This document shows positions 49,718 through 60,146 of a stretch of 64,000 nucleotides of DNA, piece by piece (positions within the stretch are counted from its first letter, which is position 1; the number at the start of each line of letters is the position of its first letter). The stretch spans positions 21,760-85,759 of the forward strand of contig JAUUYL010000001.1 of NCBI GenBank assembly GCA_030590485.1. Direction: 5' to 3'. The stretch is from Lentisphaerota bacterium (GTDB taxonomy: Bacteria > Verrucomicrobiota > Kiritimatiellia > UBA8416 > JAUUYL01). The notes below the pieces were generated by a model. It was not told the DNA's origin, did not search any database, and worked only from the letters and a program-made list of their open reading frames with translations. Both the position numbers and the translations under genes were made by a program.

Positions 49718-50365
49718 CTAACTACGCCTGACGGCACTTTTCCTGTAGACTATCTCGAGCTCACTTCCAATTGCCTCAAGCAACTTAGCCGCACTCTGAA
49801 CACGAGACACAAAGTAATTGTATGGCATCAACGTTACAAGAGCTATAGAGAGACCCGTGGCAGTTGTAATCAAAGCCTGCGCAATACCTCCCGTTACAGC
49901 TGCTGGATCTTCGATCCCACTGGCTCCAAGCAAATCAAACGATTCAATAATGCCAATTACCGTGCCCAATATTCCAAGCAAGGGTGCCATCGTGATTATC
50001 GTATCAAGAACCGTCAGACCTGATTTCATTTTCTCCACTTCTCGATTGGCAGCCAACTGCATCACATCGCTCAGACCATGCTCCCTGTGCTTAAGCCCCT
50101 CACCGACTACACGCATGATATAATTCTTATCTTCGGAACAGTTCTTAATAGCTGACAGATAATCACCTGACTCAGCAAGATCCAGCGTGTCAGTTATAAA
50201 TCTTGCGCTATCCCTGTCACGCTCCCTGAACCAGAAACAAAATCGCTCAAGTGCAATTGTCACTGAAAGCAGTGAGCACACAAATAAAGGCCACATCACA
50301 AGGCCACCCCGTTCAAAAAGCCCAAAAACAAATTCCATCATAACCTCGCATTCCACTCTTATCAT
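49718..50365 (-). CDS. exbB: MotA/TolQ/ExbB proton channel
   Basis: 3 TM helices. GILGTVIGIIESF. Confidence 0.85.
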   Translation of the reverse strand: MIRVECEVMMEFVFGLFERGGLVMWPLFVCSLLSVTIALERFCFWFRERDRDSARFITDTLDLAESGDYLSAIKNCSEDKNYIMRVVGEGLKHREHGLSDVMQLAANREVEKMKSGLTVLDTIITMAPLLGILGTVIGIIESFDLLGASGIEDPAAVTGGIAQALITTATGLSIALVTLMPYNYFVSRVQSAAKLLEAIGSELEIVYRKSAVRRS

Positions 50366-50377
50366 ACATCTGCCACG

Positions 50378-51520
50378 CTAAAACCTGCGCATCTTATCTT
50401 TTATCGGCCTTGTATGCCTATCTGTTTGTCGCTCTCCACAATGACTGGCGATATTCAGAAGCACACCTACACATGCCATCGACATCAGCAAGCTTGACCC
50501 GCCATAACTTATAAAGGGCAATGCAATCCCCTTCGTGGGCGCACTACCCGTTACAACCGCTATGTTTATGAACGCCTGCGTGACGATCAACATTGTAAAC
50601 CCAAACGCAGTAAGCTTGCCAAACAAATCGGGAGCCTTCAAGCTGATTAGCATACCACAGATCAAAAAACCCACATATATCAGTACAACCGCCAGAGATG
50701 CTATAAAACCAAGCTCTTCTCCAATTATCGCGAATATGAAGTCGGTATGCGCTTCAGGAAGATACAACTGCTTCTGAATGCTGTTCCCAAGCCCTACCCC
50801 CGACCAACCCCCATTGATGAATGCTATTTTAGCCTGATTCAATTGGTGCGCTTTCTCAATATACGCAGGATCCTCAGGATGAAGAAACGCCATTATTCTC
50901 GACCATCGAAGCTCATTCTGCATCACATATAAAAGGCCGAGGAATACACCTATGAGCGACGTAGGTAGCAGATAACTCAGTCTTGTTCCCGCAGCAAACA
51001 TCATTGTAGCGCACACAACGCAAATCAGAACCGACGTCCCAAGATCCGTCTCGGCAAAAATCAGACCAACAAAAACAAGCATACCTAAAATAGGCATCAC
51101 CAGACCTTCTACAAAATAATCGGCTTTTCGGCCCACATAGCTGAGCCATGCCGCCATGCCGACTACTATGGAAAACTTTGCAACCTCGGAAGACTGAAGA
51201 GTAAGCGGCCCCAGATGAATCCATCTGCTACTTCCCCCGACCCGAAGCCCTACCCCTGGAACAAATACTGCAATAAGAAGGAGGACTGACAGAATACCCA
51301 ACGCAGGTGCTAAACGTTTCCAGTAATGATAATCAAATCGGGCACATGCAAGGCCCGCCAAAAGAGAAACCACTAACCAGCCAAGTTGTTTGTTAAGGAA
51401 ATACTGAGGATTACCGAACGTCGCGGAGCCCTTGACGCTGCTGGTGCTGGCAAGTATGACTATACCCAGCGACAACAACACCACGACCAGACCAATCAGC
51501 GCACTTGACGTTTTCCGCAT
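50378..51520 (-). CDS. ftsW: FtsW/RodA/SpoVE (SEDS) peptidoglycan glycosyltransferase; FtsW by dcw context
   Basis: 380 aa with 10 TM helices. SEDS family motifs. Lies immediately after murD-LysM. Confidence 0.85.
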   Translation of the reverse strand: MRKTSSALIGLVVVLLSLGIVILASTSSVKGSATFGNPQYFLNKQLGWLVVSLLAGLACARFDYHYWKRLAPALGILSVLLLIAVFVPGVGLRVGGSSRWIHLGPLTLQSSEVAKFSIVVGMAAWLSYVGRKADYFVEGLVMPILGMLVFVGLIFAETDLGTSVLICVVCATMMFAAGTRLSYLLPTSLIGVFLGLLYVMQNELRWSRIMAFLHPEDPAYIEKAHQLNQAKIAFINGGWSGVGLGNSIQKQLYLPEAHTDFIFAIIGEELGFIASLAVVLIYVGFLICGMLISLKAPDLFGKLTAFGFTMLIVTQAFINIAVVTGSAPTKGIALPFISYGGSSLLMSMACVGVLLNIASHCGERQTDRHTRPIKDKMRRF

Positions 51521-51522
51521 AT

Positions 51523-52404
51523 CTACTCAGATAGAGGAATCAGCAGAACCTGTCCAGGCTTCAACTCCCCGCCGGCAACATTGTTAAACTCACGGATTTT
51601 CTCTTCACTGACAAGCCATTGCATGGAAATACGCCTTAAATCCTCACCCTTCTGGACAACATGTTTTTCAGTGATGACCGCCCTCGTTTTGTTGGATACA
51701 GGTTCCTTTGCAGTTACAGATACGGCCTGAACCGACGCCGCGGCTGAACCGACCGGAAGAGCACCTACTGTCTTTATTGTCTTAACGGGAGCCATTGTGA
51801 TTTCTTTCGCAGAACTTTTCTTCGCCAGTTGCGCAACATTCACTCCGGGAATAATCAGTTTCTGTCCGACTACAATCCGCTCACCCTTGACCCCGTTTGC
51901 CTGTCGAATGTCATCAACCTTAACACCGTACTTCTGCGCAATGACACCAAGACAATCACCAGGCCGCACAACATACGAGCCACCAGGCGTAGCCGATTTC
52001 TTAGCAACTGACTTTCTTGAAGAAGTCGCCTTCTTAGAAGCGGCACTCACGCTCACCTTACCCGGCAAAACAAGTCGCTGCCCTACTCTGATGATATTCT
52101 TATTGCTTATCCCATTAAGAGAAACTATTTCAGACACCGACACACCATATCTGTAAGCTATGCTGGATATAGAATCTCCAGACTTAACAGTATAGGGTGT
52201 TGTCTCGGACGGCCAAACTATTGCAGCAGGTTTTATCGTAGGCTTTACATCTTCGACACCTACTCTAGTCGGGGGCATCATTGGCGAAGCAATGTCTGTC
52301 GATCTCTGCGGTCTCGTTGTACCGCAACCCTGAATCAAAACGATACCTCCAATCGCAAGACAATGTGCAAGTACAACAATTCCGAAAATGGCTGATGTTT
52401 TCAT
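51523..52404 (-). CDS. secreted protein with three LysM peptidoglycan-binding domains
   Basis: Signal peptide [20 protein letters not shown]. LysM repeats [56 protein letters not shown] and [28 protein letters not shown]. Confidence 0.8.
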   Translation of the reverse strand: MKTSAIFGIVVLAHCLAIGGIVLIQGCGTTRPQRSTDIASPMMPPTRVGVEDVKPTIKPAAIVWPSETTPYTVKSGDSISSIAYRYGVSVSEIVSLNGISNKNIIRVGQRLVLPGKVSVSAASKKATSSRKSVAKKSATPGGSYVVRPGDCLGVIAQKYGVKVDDIRQANGVKGERIVVGQKLIIPGVNVAQLAKKSSAKEITMAPVKTIKTVGALPVGSAAASVQAVSVTAKEPVSNKTRAVITEKHVVQKGEDLRRISMQWLVSEEKIREFNNVAGGELKPGQVLLIPLSE

Positions 52405-52408
52405 AATA

Positions 52409-53743
52409 TCAAGTCTCCTTCTGTATTATTTGCTTAAATTTACGGCCTCTGTCCTTATAATTCTCAAACTGATCAAAACTGGCACAACCAGGGGAGAGCA
52501 ATATAATTTCGCCTTCAGACGAATCACTGTGCGCCATGCGAAGCGCATTTCTCAAGTCGCCGCATTCCCTGCAATCAACGGCATCACTCCAAGCCTCGTT
52601 CAGTTCTGCAGAAGCTTCACCGATAAGATATATGGTCTTTACCCTTTTGGCTAGTACTTCTTTAACTTTATCAGAACTTTTTTCCTTCAACTGCCCTCCC
52701 GCGATAAGCAGGACGCCCTTCCCCGCCATTTCCAGGCCTGCCAGCATCGCCGTAAGATTAGTTGCCTTGGAATCATCCACGAATCGAACACCGTCAAAAG
52801 TCCCCACATTCTCCATCCTATGAGGCAATGGCTCGAAATTCATGATCGAATCGGCAATATCATCAGCCTCTATTGCGCATTCCTTAAGTACTGCAGCGCC
52901 CGCAGCTGCCGTAAGTCCTAAAATTGAATTGTCAAAATAGCTCCCCGCTATGTCTATTTCTTTCATCTGCCCGTTCTGTGCCCAACTGATTTTCCCTGCA
53001 TCAAATCCAAAATCTACCTCGCCGTCCAATCCAAAGGAGACCCATTTGTTCTCTCCGGAAGACAACGTCTTGACAGCCTCCAATTCGGACGACAAGACTA
53101 TTCCTGTTCCATCCTCCTGCATACCGCTAAACAAACGCGCCTTCATAGCCATATAAGTCTCCATATCGCCATGTCTATCCAGATGATCAGGCTGAACATT
53201 TAACAGCACTCCTATCCTGGGACTGAATGCATCCACCTTCTCAAGCTGAAAAGAGCTTACCTCCAATACAATAACATCAAGATTCGTCGTGTCCTTAGCT
53301 ACCGCACAAACCGGGGTCCCATAATTTCCCGCAACTACAGTCCTGAGACCAGACCGCCCCAGCGCATCACCGCACAACTTAACCATTGTGCTTTTCCCGT
53401 TCGTCCCCGTCACAGCCACTATCGGGCACTCGCAACGGCTCGCACCCAACTCCAATTCAGAAATCACAGGCATACGCCTTTCCGCTGTCTCGACCCATTC
53501 GGCGCTCGCCGATATTCCCGGACTCACGACGCAAAGGTCAAAATTCCCCGACGGCAACTCATCGCAACCAAGCTGAACCTCTGCACCCGCATCCAACAAT
53601 TCTCTTTTTCTTTCATCAAGAACAGCACTCATCGAGGCGTCCACCGCCATCACTTCAGTGCCCTCAGACAAAAGCAGTTTCGTGGCTTCGACGCCGCTTA
53701 CACCAAGCCCCAGCACCAACGCTTTGTTATAACCATCAAGCAT
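52409..53743 (-). CDS. murD: UDP-N-acetylmuramoylalanine--D-glutamate ligase
   Basis: [15 protein letters not shown] and Mur ligase middle/C domains. Position mraY-murD. Confidence 0.9.
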   Translation of the reverse strand: MLDGYNKALVLGLGVSGVEATKLLLSEGTEVMAVDASMSAVLDERKRELLDAGAEVQLGCDELPSGNFDLCVVSPGISASAEWVETAERRMPVISELELGASRCECPIVAVTGTNGKSTMVKLCGDALGRSGLRTVVAGNYGTPVCAVAKDTTNLDVIVLEVSSFQLEKVDAFSPRIGVLLNVQPDHLDRHGDMETYMAMKARLFSGMQEDGTGIVLSSELEAVKTLSSGENKWVSFGLDGEVDFGFDAGKISWAQNGQMKEIDIAGSYFDNSILGLTAAAGAAVLKECAIEADDIADSIMNFEPLPHRMENVGTFDGVRFVDDSKATNLTAMLAGLEMAGKGVLLIAGGQLKEKSSDKVKEVLAKRVKTIYLIGEASAELNEAWSDAVDCRECGDLRNALRMAHSDSSEGEIILLSPGCASFDQFENYKDRGRKFKQIIQKET

Positions 53744-53776
53744 ACAACCATTAACCCTTTCAGCCGTAGGCTGAAG

Positions 53777-54886
53777 CTATCTCATCTTCAATGTCAAAAT
53801 CCCAAGCAATGCAAAGATAATCGAAAGTATCCAGAATCTCACTACCACCTGAGTCTCACTCCATTTCTTAAGTTCAAAATGATGATGAAGAGGCGCCATT
53901 GCAAATATTCGTTTTCCTGTCAGCTTAAACGACATTACCTGCAGTATCACACTCATGGCCTCAATCACAAATACACCGCCTACGATCACCAGCACTACTT
54001 CCTGCTTTATCAATACTGCAACCATGGCTATGGACCCTCCAAGAGCAAGACTGCCTGTGTCCCCCATAAACACCTGTGCGGGATGACAATTGAACCACAA
54101 GAATCCCAGACACGAGCCCATGAGACATCCGCAAAAGACAGCCAATTCACCCGATCCCGGCACATACGGAACATTCAGATAACCCGAAAAAATTGCATGC
54201 CCCGCAACATATGACATAATCAAATAGGACAGGGCTACCGAACTACTGCACCCTATTGCCAACCCATCAAGCCCATCAGTCAGATTAACCGCATTTGAAC
54301 ACCCGACAATAACACCTACCATAAAAATAAAAGTGACAATCAAGCCCATATCGTTCACCAAAGGCTCCTTGAGAAATGGAACCATGAGCTGGCGCAAGAG
54401 AACCCTGGACTCCGGCATGGAGTTCAGTGCATATACTATAACTCCCGTCCAAATCAGTTGAAGCGCAAGCTTGACCCGTGACCGTAAGCCCTTTGATCTT
54501 TTTTTTGATATCGACCTGTAGTCATCCCAGAACCCAACAAGCCCCATATAAAAGAGTGTAAGAAGAACCAGCCATGTATTTATATTGTTCAGCGCCCCCC
54601 AGAGAAGCATGGAAAGTGTTATTGACGCTATTATAATTATCCCGCCCATGGTCGGCGTCCCCTCTTTATTCGCGTGCATCTCATACAATGCGGGTGCCTC
54701 AGCATTGCGAATAATCTGCCCCATCTTGAATCTTTTTAATGCCGCAATAAGGTACGGTCCTATTATCACACTTATAATAAATGCCGTGCCCGCACCGGCA
54801 ACCGTTCGCACGGTGACATACTTCAACACCCTCAAAGGTGTTAACGACCAAGCCAGTTCGTTTATCTGGTATAAATAATAAATCAT
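53777..54886 (-). CDS. mraY: phospho-N-acetylmuramoyl-pentapeptide transferase
   Basis: NAVNLTDGLDGLA and GDTGSLALGG. Confidence 0.95.
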   Translation of the reverse strand: MIYYLYQINELAWSLTPLRVLKYVTVRTVAGAGTAFIISVIIGPYLIAALKRFKMGQIIRNAEAPALYEMHANKEGTPTMGGIIIIASITLSMLLWGALNNINTWLVLLTLFYMGLVGFWDDYRSISKKRSKGLRSRVKLALQLIWTGVIVYALNSMPESRVLLRQLMVPFLKEPLVNDMGLIVTFIFMVGVIVGCSNAVNLTDGLDGLAIGCSSSVALSYLIMSYVAGHAIFSGYLNVPYVPGSGELAVFCGCLMGSCLGFLWFNCHPAQVFMGDTGSLALGGSIAMVAVLIKQEVVLVIVGGVFVIEAMSVILQVMSFKLTGKRIFAMAPLHHHFELKKWSETQVVVRFWILSIIFALLGILTLKMR

Positions 54887-54903
54887 CTACCTACTCCACC
54901 TGA

Positions 54904-55107
54904 TTATTCATCGCCCCAAAGCATCAGACTCGGAGGGTCGCCATTAGGCACAACCTCTTTATTCAGACTCCGTATATTCCTGACATTCTGTTCCTCATAT
55001 GCTTTTTGAAGCTTCTCCATGCTTCGTACTACCCCTCGGCCACTTGTTTCCATGTCGCCATTCTGATATTCAGAGTTGATCTTAACCATTGTGTCACCTC
55101 CTGACAA
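54904..55107 (-). CDS. small hydrophilic hypothetical protein (61-67 aa) between murF and mraY
   Basis: ORF with 17-nt spacers to both neighbours, in operon orientation. No TM segment and no known motif. Confidence 0.35.
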   Translation of the reverse strand: MSGGDTMVKINSEYQNGDMETSGRGVVRSMEKLQKAYEEQNVRNIRSLNKEVVPNGDPPSLMLWGDE

Positions 55108-55124
55108 ATAGGATTACTCACACT

Positions 55125-56624
55125 TTATTCCAAATGCATCTGCACCGTCTCCATTATTTCCTCCAACTTCATGCTCCTGGATGCTTTCAGCAAAACTGCG
55201 TCACCATTATCAATATTCTTTTCGAGAACTTCAGCAGCTTCAGCATTATTCACACACATGTATATTCTATCGGAATCATAGCCAGTTGTTTCGATACCCC
55301 TGGATATCATATCGCCAAATCCGCCTATCAGAACGACCCCACCCCAATTCCCTTCTCCAACATATTCACCCAATCGCACATGCTCACTAGACTGCATCCG
55401 GCCGAGCTCGCTCATCCCGGCAAGGACAAGCCATTTATCGCCATCAACAGCCTCATCCTCAAATGCGCTGATTGAAGCGCGCATACTTAAAGGGTTCGCA
55501 TTATATGCATCATTAATCATCGTGATATCACCCATTTTTACTTTCTCCCATCTCATTGACATTGGTTTATAGTTTTCAAGAGCTGCTTTAATCCGTTTCC
55601 ATCCAACGTTCTGCCCTCTAGCAATAGCCACCGCCATCAGCGCATTAATAATATTATGACGTCCGGGTACAACCGGAGAAAACAACATCTCTTCGCCTGA
55701 AAATACTTCTTTTACCAGGACCTTTCCCGTCCCCTCGATAATCACATAGTTATAGTCTGTGTTCTTCGATTCCGAAACCGTGATCACCTTTTCTGTCGCC
55801 GCCTGCTTAACCAGATCATAATAATCATCATCCGCGTTCAAAACAGAAACGCCATCCTCTGGTAAAGAACGAAGCAAGTCGCTCTTTTCATCCGCAATCG
55901 CTTCAACCGAATCAAAGAACTCTATATGGACAGGCCCGACATTCGTCACCACCCCCCAATCGGGCTTCAGTATAGAACATAAATCAGCGATCTCACCCGG
56001 ATGATTAGTTCCTAATTCAAAAACCCCCCTCTCTGTAGCTCGATCCATCTTCAGAATGCTCATCGGCAACCCTATATCGTTGTTCCAATTTCCCAAAGTG
56101 CTAGCCGTCTCAAAAGAACTTTCAAGGATTTGAGCAGTCATCTCCTTGACAGTTGACTTACCGGCACTTCCCGTGACAGCTATTATGTCAGGATCGACCT
56201 TTTCCCTATATCCTCTGGCGATATCAAGCAACGCTGCCCTAGTATCATCCACAACAAGCAAAGGTGAACCCCTAAGCTTAACATCCGACTGATCTCCCGA
56301 TTCCGAATCCAGCGATGCTTGAAACCACGCTCTATTGACTATCGCGCCGCAGGCTCTCTTGCGTAGAGCATCACCAACAAAATCATGCCCATCATATTTC
56401 TCTCCCTGTATCGCAACATACAGATCATTCTTATTGAGCGTACGCGTATCCTTTGAAAACCCCACAACTCGAGGCGGCTGCAAGCTTACCCACTCGCCGC
56501 CACTCCAAAGCGCCAGATCACCCGCTGTATATCTAATATCCATTCTCTCGCTCTCTTGTCGCGGCAGAGTGCTTGCATCCCGAACTTGATTCGGGGCCGA
56601 AGGCGACGCCGGATCACTCTTCAC
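55125..56624 (-). CDS. murF: UDP-MurNAc-tripeptide--D-alanyl-D-alanine ligase
   Basis: AVTGSAGKSTVKEM and DAYNANPLSM. ATGA overlap with the murE stop; an internal start MDIRYTAGDL is also possible. Confidence 0.9.
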   Translation of the reverse strand: MKSDPASPSAPNQVRDASTLPRQESERMDIRYTAGDLALWSGGEWVSLQPPRVVGFSKDTRTLNKNDLYVAIQGEKYDGHDFVGDALRKRACGAIVNRAWFQASLDSESGDQSDVKLRGSPLLVVDDTRAALLDIARGYREKVDPDIIAVTGSAGKSTVKEMTAQILESSFETASTLGNWNNDIGLPMSILKMDRATERGVFELGTNHPGEIADLCSILKPDWGVVTNVGPVHIEFFDSVEAIADEKSDLLRSLPEDGVSVLNADDDYYDLVKQAATEKVITVSESKNTDYNYVIIEGTGKVLVKEVFSGEEMLFSPVVPGRHNIINALMAVAIARGQNVGWKRIKAALENYKPMSMRWEKVKMGDITMINDAYNANPLSMRASISAFEDEAVDGDKWLVLAGMSELGRMQSSEHVRLGEYVGEGNWGGVVLIGGFGDMISRGIETTGYDSDRIYMCVNNAEAAEVLEKNIDNGDAVLLKASRSMKLEEIMETVQMHLE

Positions 56625-58063
56625 TCCCCAATTGCCTCTTGAGCCACCTGCCTGTCATCAAACGGCACTGTTGTATTCAACATTTCCTGAAAACGCTCAT
56701 GACCCTTCCCCGCTATCAGAAGGACATCACCCTCCTGAGCCATACCAACACCCTTGATGATTGCATCACGCCTATCCTCAATAATCTCGTAATTGCAAAA
56801 CCCGTTAAATCCTGACTTAATTTCATCCAAAATTACCGATGGATCTTCTCCTCTAGAATTATCTGACGTAAGAAACGTATAATCCGCAATCGAACCCGCA
56901 ATCTTACCCATAGCCGGCCTCTTACTACGGTCTCTGTTCCCTCCACATCCAAAGACAACTATCAGTCTGTTTTCTGTAATCTCTCTGAGCGTAAGTAAAA
57001 CTTTCTCAAGAGCATCATCCGTATGAGCGTAATCCACGAACACCTGAAAGCCACCGCGATCTGCCCTGATTACTTCAAGCCGGCCTGGAATATTAGCTAC
57101 TGACGACAAAACCTCCGCAATCAGATCAAGGTCTATACCCGCAGCACCACAAACCGACGCAACAGCCAGCATATTACTGACATTGTACCTGCCAAGCAGA
57201 TTGGACTGAATACTCGCCTCGCCCCATGGCGACTGTATGACGAACCCCGTACCCTGCGCTGACAACCGAATCTCTGCTGCCGTAACTTCCGCCGTTTCCT
57301 CCAGCCCGTAGGAAATCTTCTCTGCAGTAATATCTTCACAGGCAAGCAATTCTCTACCACGAGAATCATCAGCATTAATAATGGCAACAGAACTTTTCGC
57401 CCCCCTGCCGAGCCCGAGAAACAGCTTCTTTTTCGCTTCGAAATACTCATCCATTGTGCCGTGATAATCCAAATGATCCCTGCTTAGGTTAGTAAAGACC
57501 GCTATGTCATAATCCACAAACGCCACCCGCTTCTGATCAATTGCATGGGACGAGACCTCCATCACCACACTCTTGCATCCAGATTTTAGCATTTCTGCCA
57601 ACATTGCCTGAAGATCAGGGGCGTCCAACGTCGTTCTCACCGCGGGAATCACACGTTCTCCCACTCGATACTCAACGGTTGTCATTAAACCTGGATTCAT
57701 ATCTGCCGCCTGGAAAATACTATGAACAAGGTAAGCTATGGTTGTCTTGCCATTCGTGCCGGTAATGCCGGTCATCTGCATTGAGTCCGCGGGGCTTCCG
57801 TAGTATTTGCACGATATTTCGGCGAGAGCCTGCCGTGCATCCTCAACGACAACCTCAAGACCTCCCGTCGTCTTGCCACCCGCAGCCCCCTCTCTGACAA
57901 CCGCAACAGCACCTCGGTTCACAGCCTCTTCCACGAAATCAACGCCATCGTCCCTGCTACCACGAATCGCCACATATATGCAACCAGGCTTTACCTTTCT
58001 GGAATCGTTGGTCACGCCAGATATTCTCTCACCCAAACTCAAAAACATTTCTTCAATATTCAC
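56621..58063 (-). CDS. murE: UDP-MurNAc-L-Ala-D-Glu--2,6-diaminopimelate ligase (DNPR position reads DNSR)
   Basis: ITGTNGKTTIAYLV, Mur ligase domains, LTSDNSRGEDP. Confidence 0.9.
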   Translation of the reverse strand: MNIEEMFLSLGERISGVTNDSRKVKPGCIYVAIRGSRDDGVDFVEEAVNRGAVAVVREGAAGGKTTGGLEVVVEDARQALAEISCKYYGSPADSMQMTGITGTNGKTTIAYLVHSIFQAADMNPGLMTTVEYRVGERVIPAVRTTLDAPDLQAMLAEMLKSGCKSVVMEVSSHAIDQKRVAFVDYDIAVFTNLSRDHLDYHGTMDEYFEAKKKLFLGLGRGAKSSVAIINADDSRGRELLACEDITAEKISYGLEETAEVTAAEIRLSAQGTGFVIQSPWGEASIQSNLLGRYNVSNMLAVASVCGAAGIDLDLIAEVLSSVANIPGRLEVIRADRGGFQVFVDYAHTDDALEKVLLTLREITENRLIVVFGCGGNRDRSKRPAMGKIAGSIADYTFLTSDNSRGEDPSVILDEIKSGFNGFCNYEIIEDRRDAIIKGVGMAQEGDVLLIAGKGHERFQEMLNTTVPFDDRQVAQEAIGE

Positions 58064-58070
58064 AATACGC

Positions 58071-59774
58071 TTACCTTTGCGCTACTTCTGTCCATGTTGC
58101 CGGCTGTATGTCGAAATAACTTACCGTCTGATCAACAATTTCACGGAATGCGGGTGCCGCCACCACTCCACCGGCATGAACACCTTCAGGTTCATCAACA
58201 ACAACAATCACGCCTATCTGCGGATTCTCAGCCGGAACAAAACCAACAAACGACCCCACCCAGGCAGAATAAGTTCCGTCCTTTACTTTCTGAGCAGTCC
58301 CAGTCTTACCCGCCACCGTAAATCCATCAATCCTTGCCCTTCTTCCCGTACCCCCGTTTTCAGTGACCGTAGCCAGGATCTTTGCCATCTCGTTTGCTGC
58401 AGTAACTCCAATAGGCCTGTTGACGACTTTCGGTCCTCCGCGATAAATAACTTCGCCATCACCACTGGTAATCTGTTTGACCAGATAAGGCTTCATCCTG
58501 TAGCCGTTGTTGGCTATCGTGCAGAATGTATTGAGCACCTGTAGCGCTGTTACGGAATATGCCTGCCCGAACGCAATGCGTGTGGGACAGATTTTGGACC
58601 ATCTCTTTATAGGCGCAAGAACACCAGCCTCTTCACCGGGCAACTCTATCCCCATCCTGTCACCAACACCAAATTGCTTCATGTAGTCGTACTGTAGCTT
58701 CCGCCCCATCATCAACGCAATCTTAGCTGTCCCAATATTGCTCGACTTCTTGATGATGTCCGCCACACTCATAATGCCATACGAGTGACCTCCATCCGTA
58801 AGCACCCTTCCCCCATAGAACCACTGCCCATTCTCACAATCAATCATCGTAGACGGCGTGATGACACCTGCGTTCAGTGCTGCGGCAATAGTCAAAGCCT
58901 TCATGGTTGAGCCTGGCTCAAAGTTGACTCCTATCGCCCTGTTTAATTTAAGATCGGAGTCCGCAGTACGAAAATCATTAAGATTGAACGACGGACGACT
59001 CGCCATTCCAAGTATTTCACCAGTTTCTATTCTTTGGACAATAGCCCATGCACCTTTGGGATTGTGTTTTGCGACCACCTCATCCAATGCCTTTTCCACC
59101 ATGTACTGAATATTTTGATCAATCGTCAATGTAACATCAGCACCTTCCATGGCCGGAATATATGTGCCTCGCTTCGTGTACAGCTCGCGCCGCCGAGCAT
59201 CGACCTTACTCTCAAGCAATCCAGGCGACCCCCGGAGATAACTGTCAACCCTTTGCTCCACTCCAAGACTGCCCACGCCCTCATAATTAACAAATCCGAG
59301 AACATGACTCATAAAATTGCCCTGAGGATAATACCGAACCGTCTTGTCCTGCATAAACACGCCATCAACCTTAAGCTCCTGTATGTTCGCAATCCTGTCT
59401 TCATGAACATATCTCTCTACATACGCAAACTCCTTTACAGAGCGTTTTCTTATGTTCTGAGCAATCTTATTGGCATCTTTCCCAAGGTTTCTTGCGAGCA
59501 ATGCAGAAACCTCATCTACAGTTTCATTTTCGACAAGTGTCTTAGGACTGACACAAACATCTTTTACACCAAGATTCATCGCAAGAATATTATCCCCACC
59601 CTTACAATCAAATATGTAACCACGCCCCGCGATTATCGTACGCTCAATCGCCCGTTTTGACTGCTGGTGACCACCTAAATGCAAAAAGGCCAGGCGAAAG
59701 CCCAGCCCTCCAAGTGCCACCAAAAGCATGGTCGCGCTCACAAATGCACGTATATAGAACCCACGGCTACTCAT
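58071..59774 (-). CDS. ftsI: penicillin-binding protein 3 / peptidoglycan D,D-transpeptidase FtsI
   Basis: N-terminal TM. STMK (SxxK), SSN and KTGT motifs. Confidence 0.9.
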   Translation of the reverse strand: MSSRGFYIRAFVSATMLLVALGGLGFRLAFLHLGGHQQSKRAIERTIIAGRGYIFDCKGGDNILAMNLGVKDVCVSPKTLVENETVDEVSALLARNLGKDANKIAQNIRKRSVKEFAYVERYVHEDRIANIQELKVDGVFMQDKTVRYYPQGNFMSHVLGFVNYEGVGSLGVEQRVDSYLRGSPGLLESKVDARRRELYTKRGTYIPAMEGADVTLTIDQNIQYMVEKALDEVVAKHNPKGAWAIVQRIETGEILGMASRPSFNLNDFRTADSDLKLNRAIGVNFEPGSTMKALTIAAALNAGVITPSTMIDCENGQWFYGGRVLTDGGHSYGIMSVADIIKKSSNIGTAKIALMMGRKLQYDYMKQFGVGDRMGIELPGEEAGVLAPIKRWSKICPTRIAFGQAYSVTALQVLNTFCTIANNGYRMKPYLVKQITSGDGEVIYRGGPKVVNRPIGVTAANEMAKILATVTENGGTGRRARIDGFTVAGKTGTAQKVKDGTYSAWVGSFVGFVPAENPQIGVIVVVDEPEGVHAGGVVAAPAFREIVDQTVSYFDIQPATWTEVAQR

Positions 59775-60129
59775 TCATCACAACCCTATCCAGTTTGGCA
59801 TATCCATTACGATACTCACTGTTATCATACAATCGAACAATCTGGTCGCGGCGAGGCCAACTCATCACCATTCCATTCTGATTAAGTACACGCTCCAGAT
59901 TTCTCGGTGATTTCATTCGACTCCACCGGTACTCTTCATTTAGATATCTCTTTACCAGAATCTTTTTCTTTCCCTCTTCCTTCTTTATCTCACGACCCAG
60001 CATCTCACAACGAGAGCCCAACCAGAGATAAGCCAAAGCAAACACAGAAACTATCACCACGAACCCTGCGAAAGGTGCCGGAAACACAAACCCATCAACC
60101 TTCTTTTTGTTGCGCTTTCTCCTTGCCAT
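59767..60129 (-). CDS. ftsL: cell-division protein FtsL-like (single TM plus coiled coil)
   Basis: Basic N-terminus MARRKRNKKK, TM helix FAGFVVIVSVFALAYLWL, short periplasmic helix. Sits in the rsmH-ftsI slot. Confidence 0.6.
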   Translation of the reverse strand: MARRKRNKKKVDGFVFPAPFAGFVVIVSVFALAYLWLGSRCEMLGREIKKEEGKKKILVKRYLNEEYRWSRMKSPRNLERVLNQNGMVMSWPRRDQIVRLYDNSEYRNGYAKLDRVVMNE

Positions 60130-60146
60130 TCTTAAAGCCTTTCTCT

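Noticed and set aside
59034-59660. 208-aa plus-strand ORF inside ftsI (and similar antisense ORFs 57807..58544 inside murE/ftsI, 8179..8415, 18564..19154)
   Set aside because: Antisense to strongly supported genes with conserved motifs; these are shadow ORFs.
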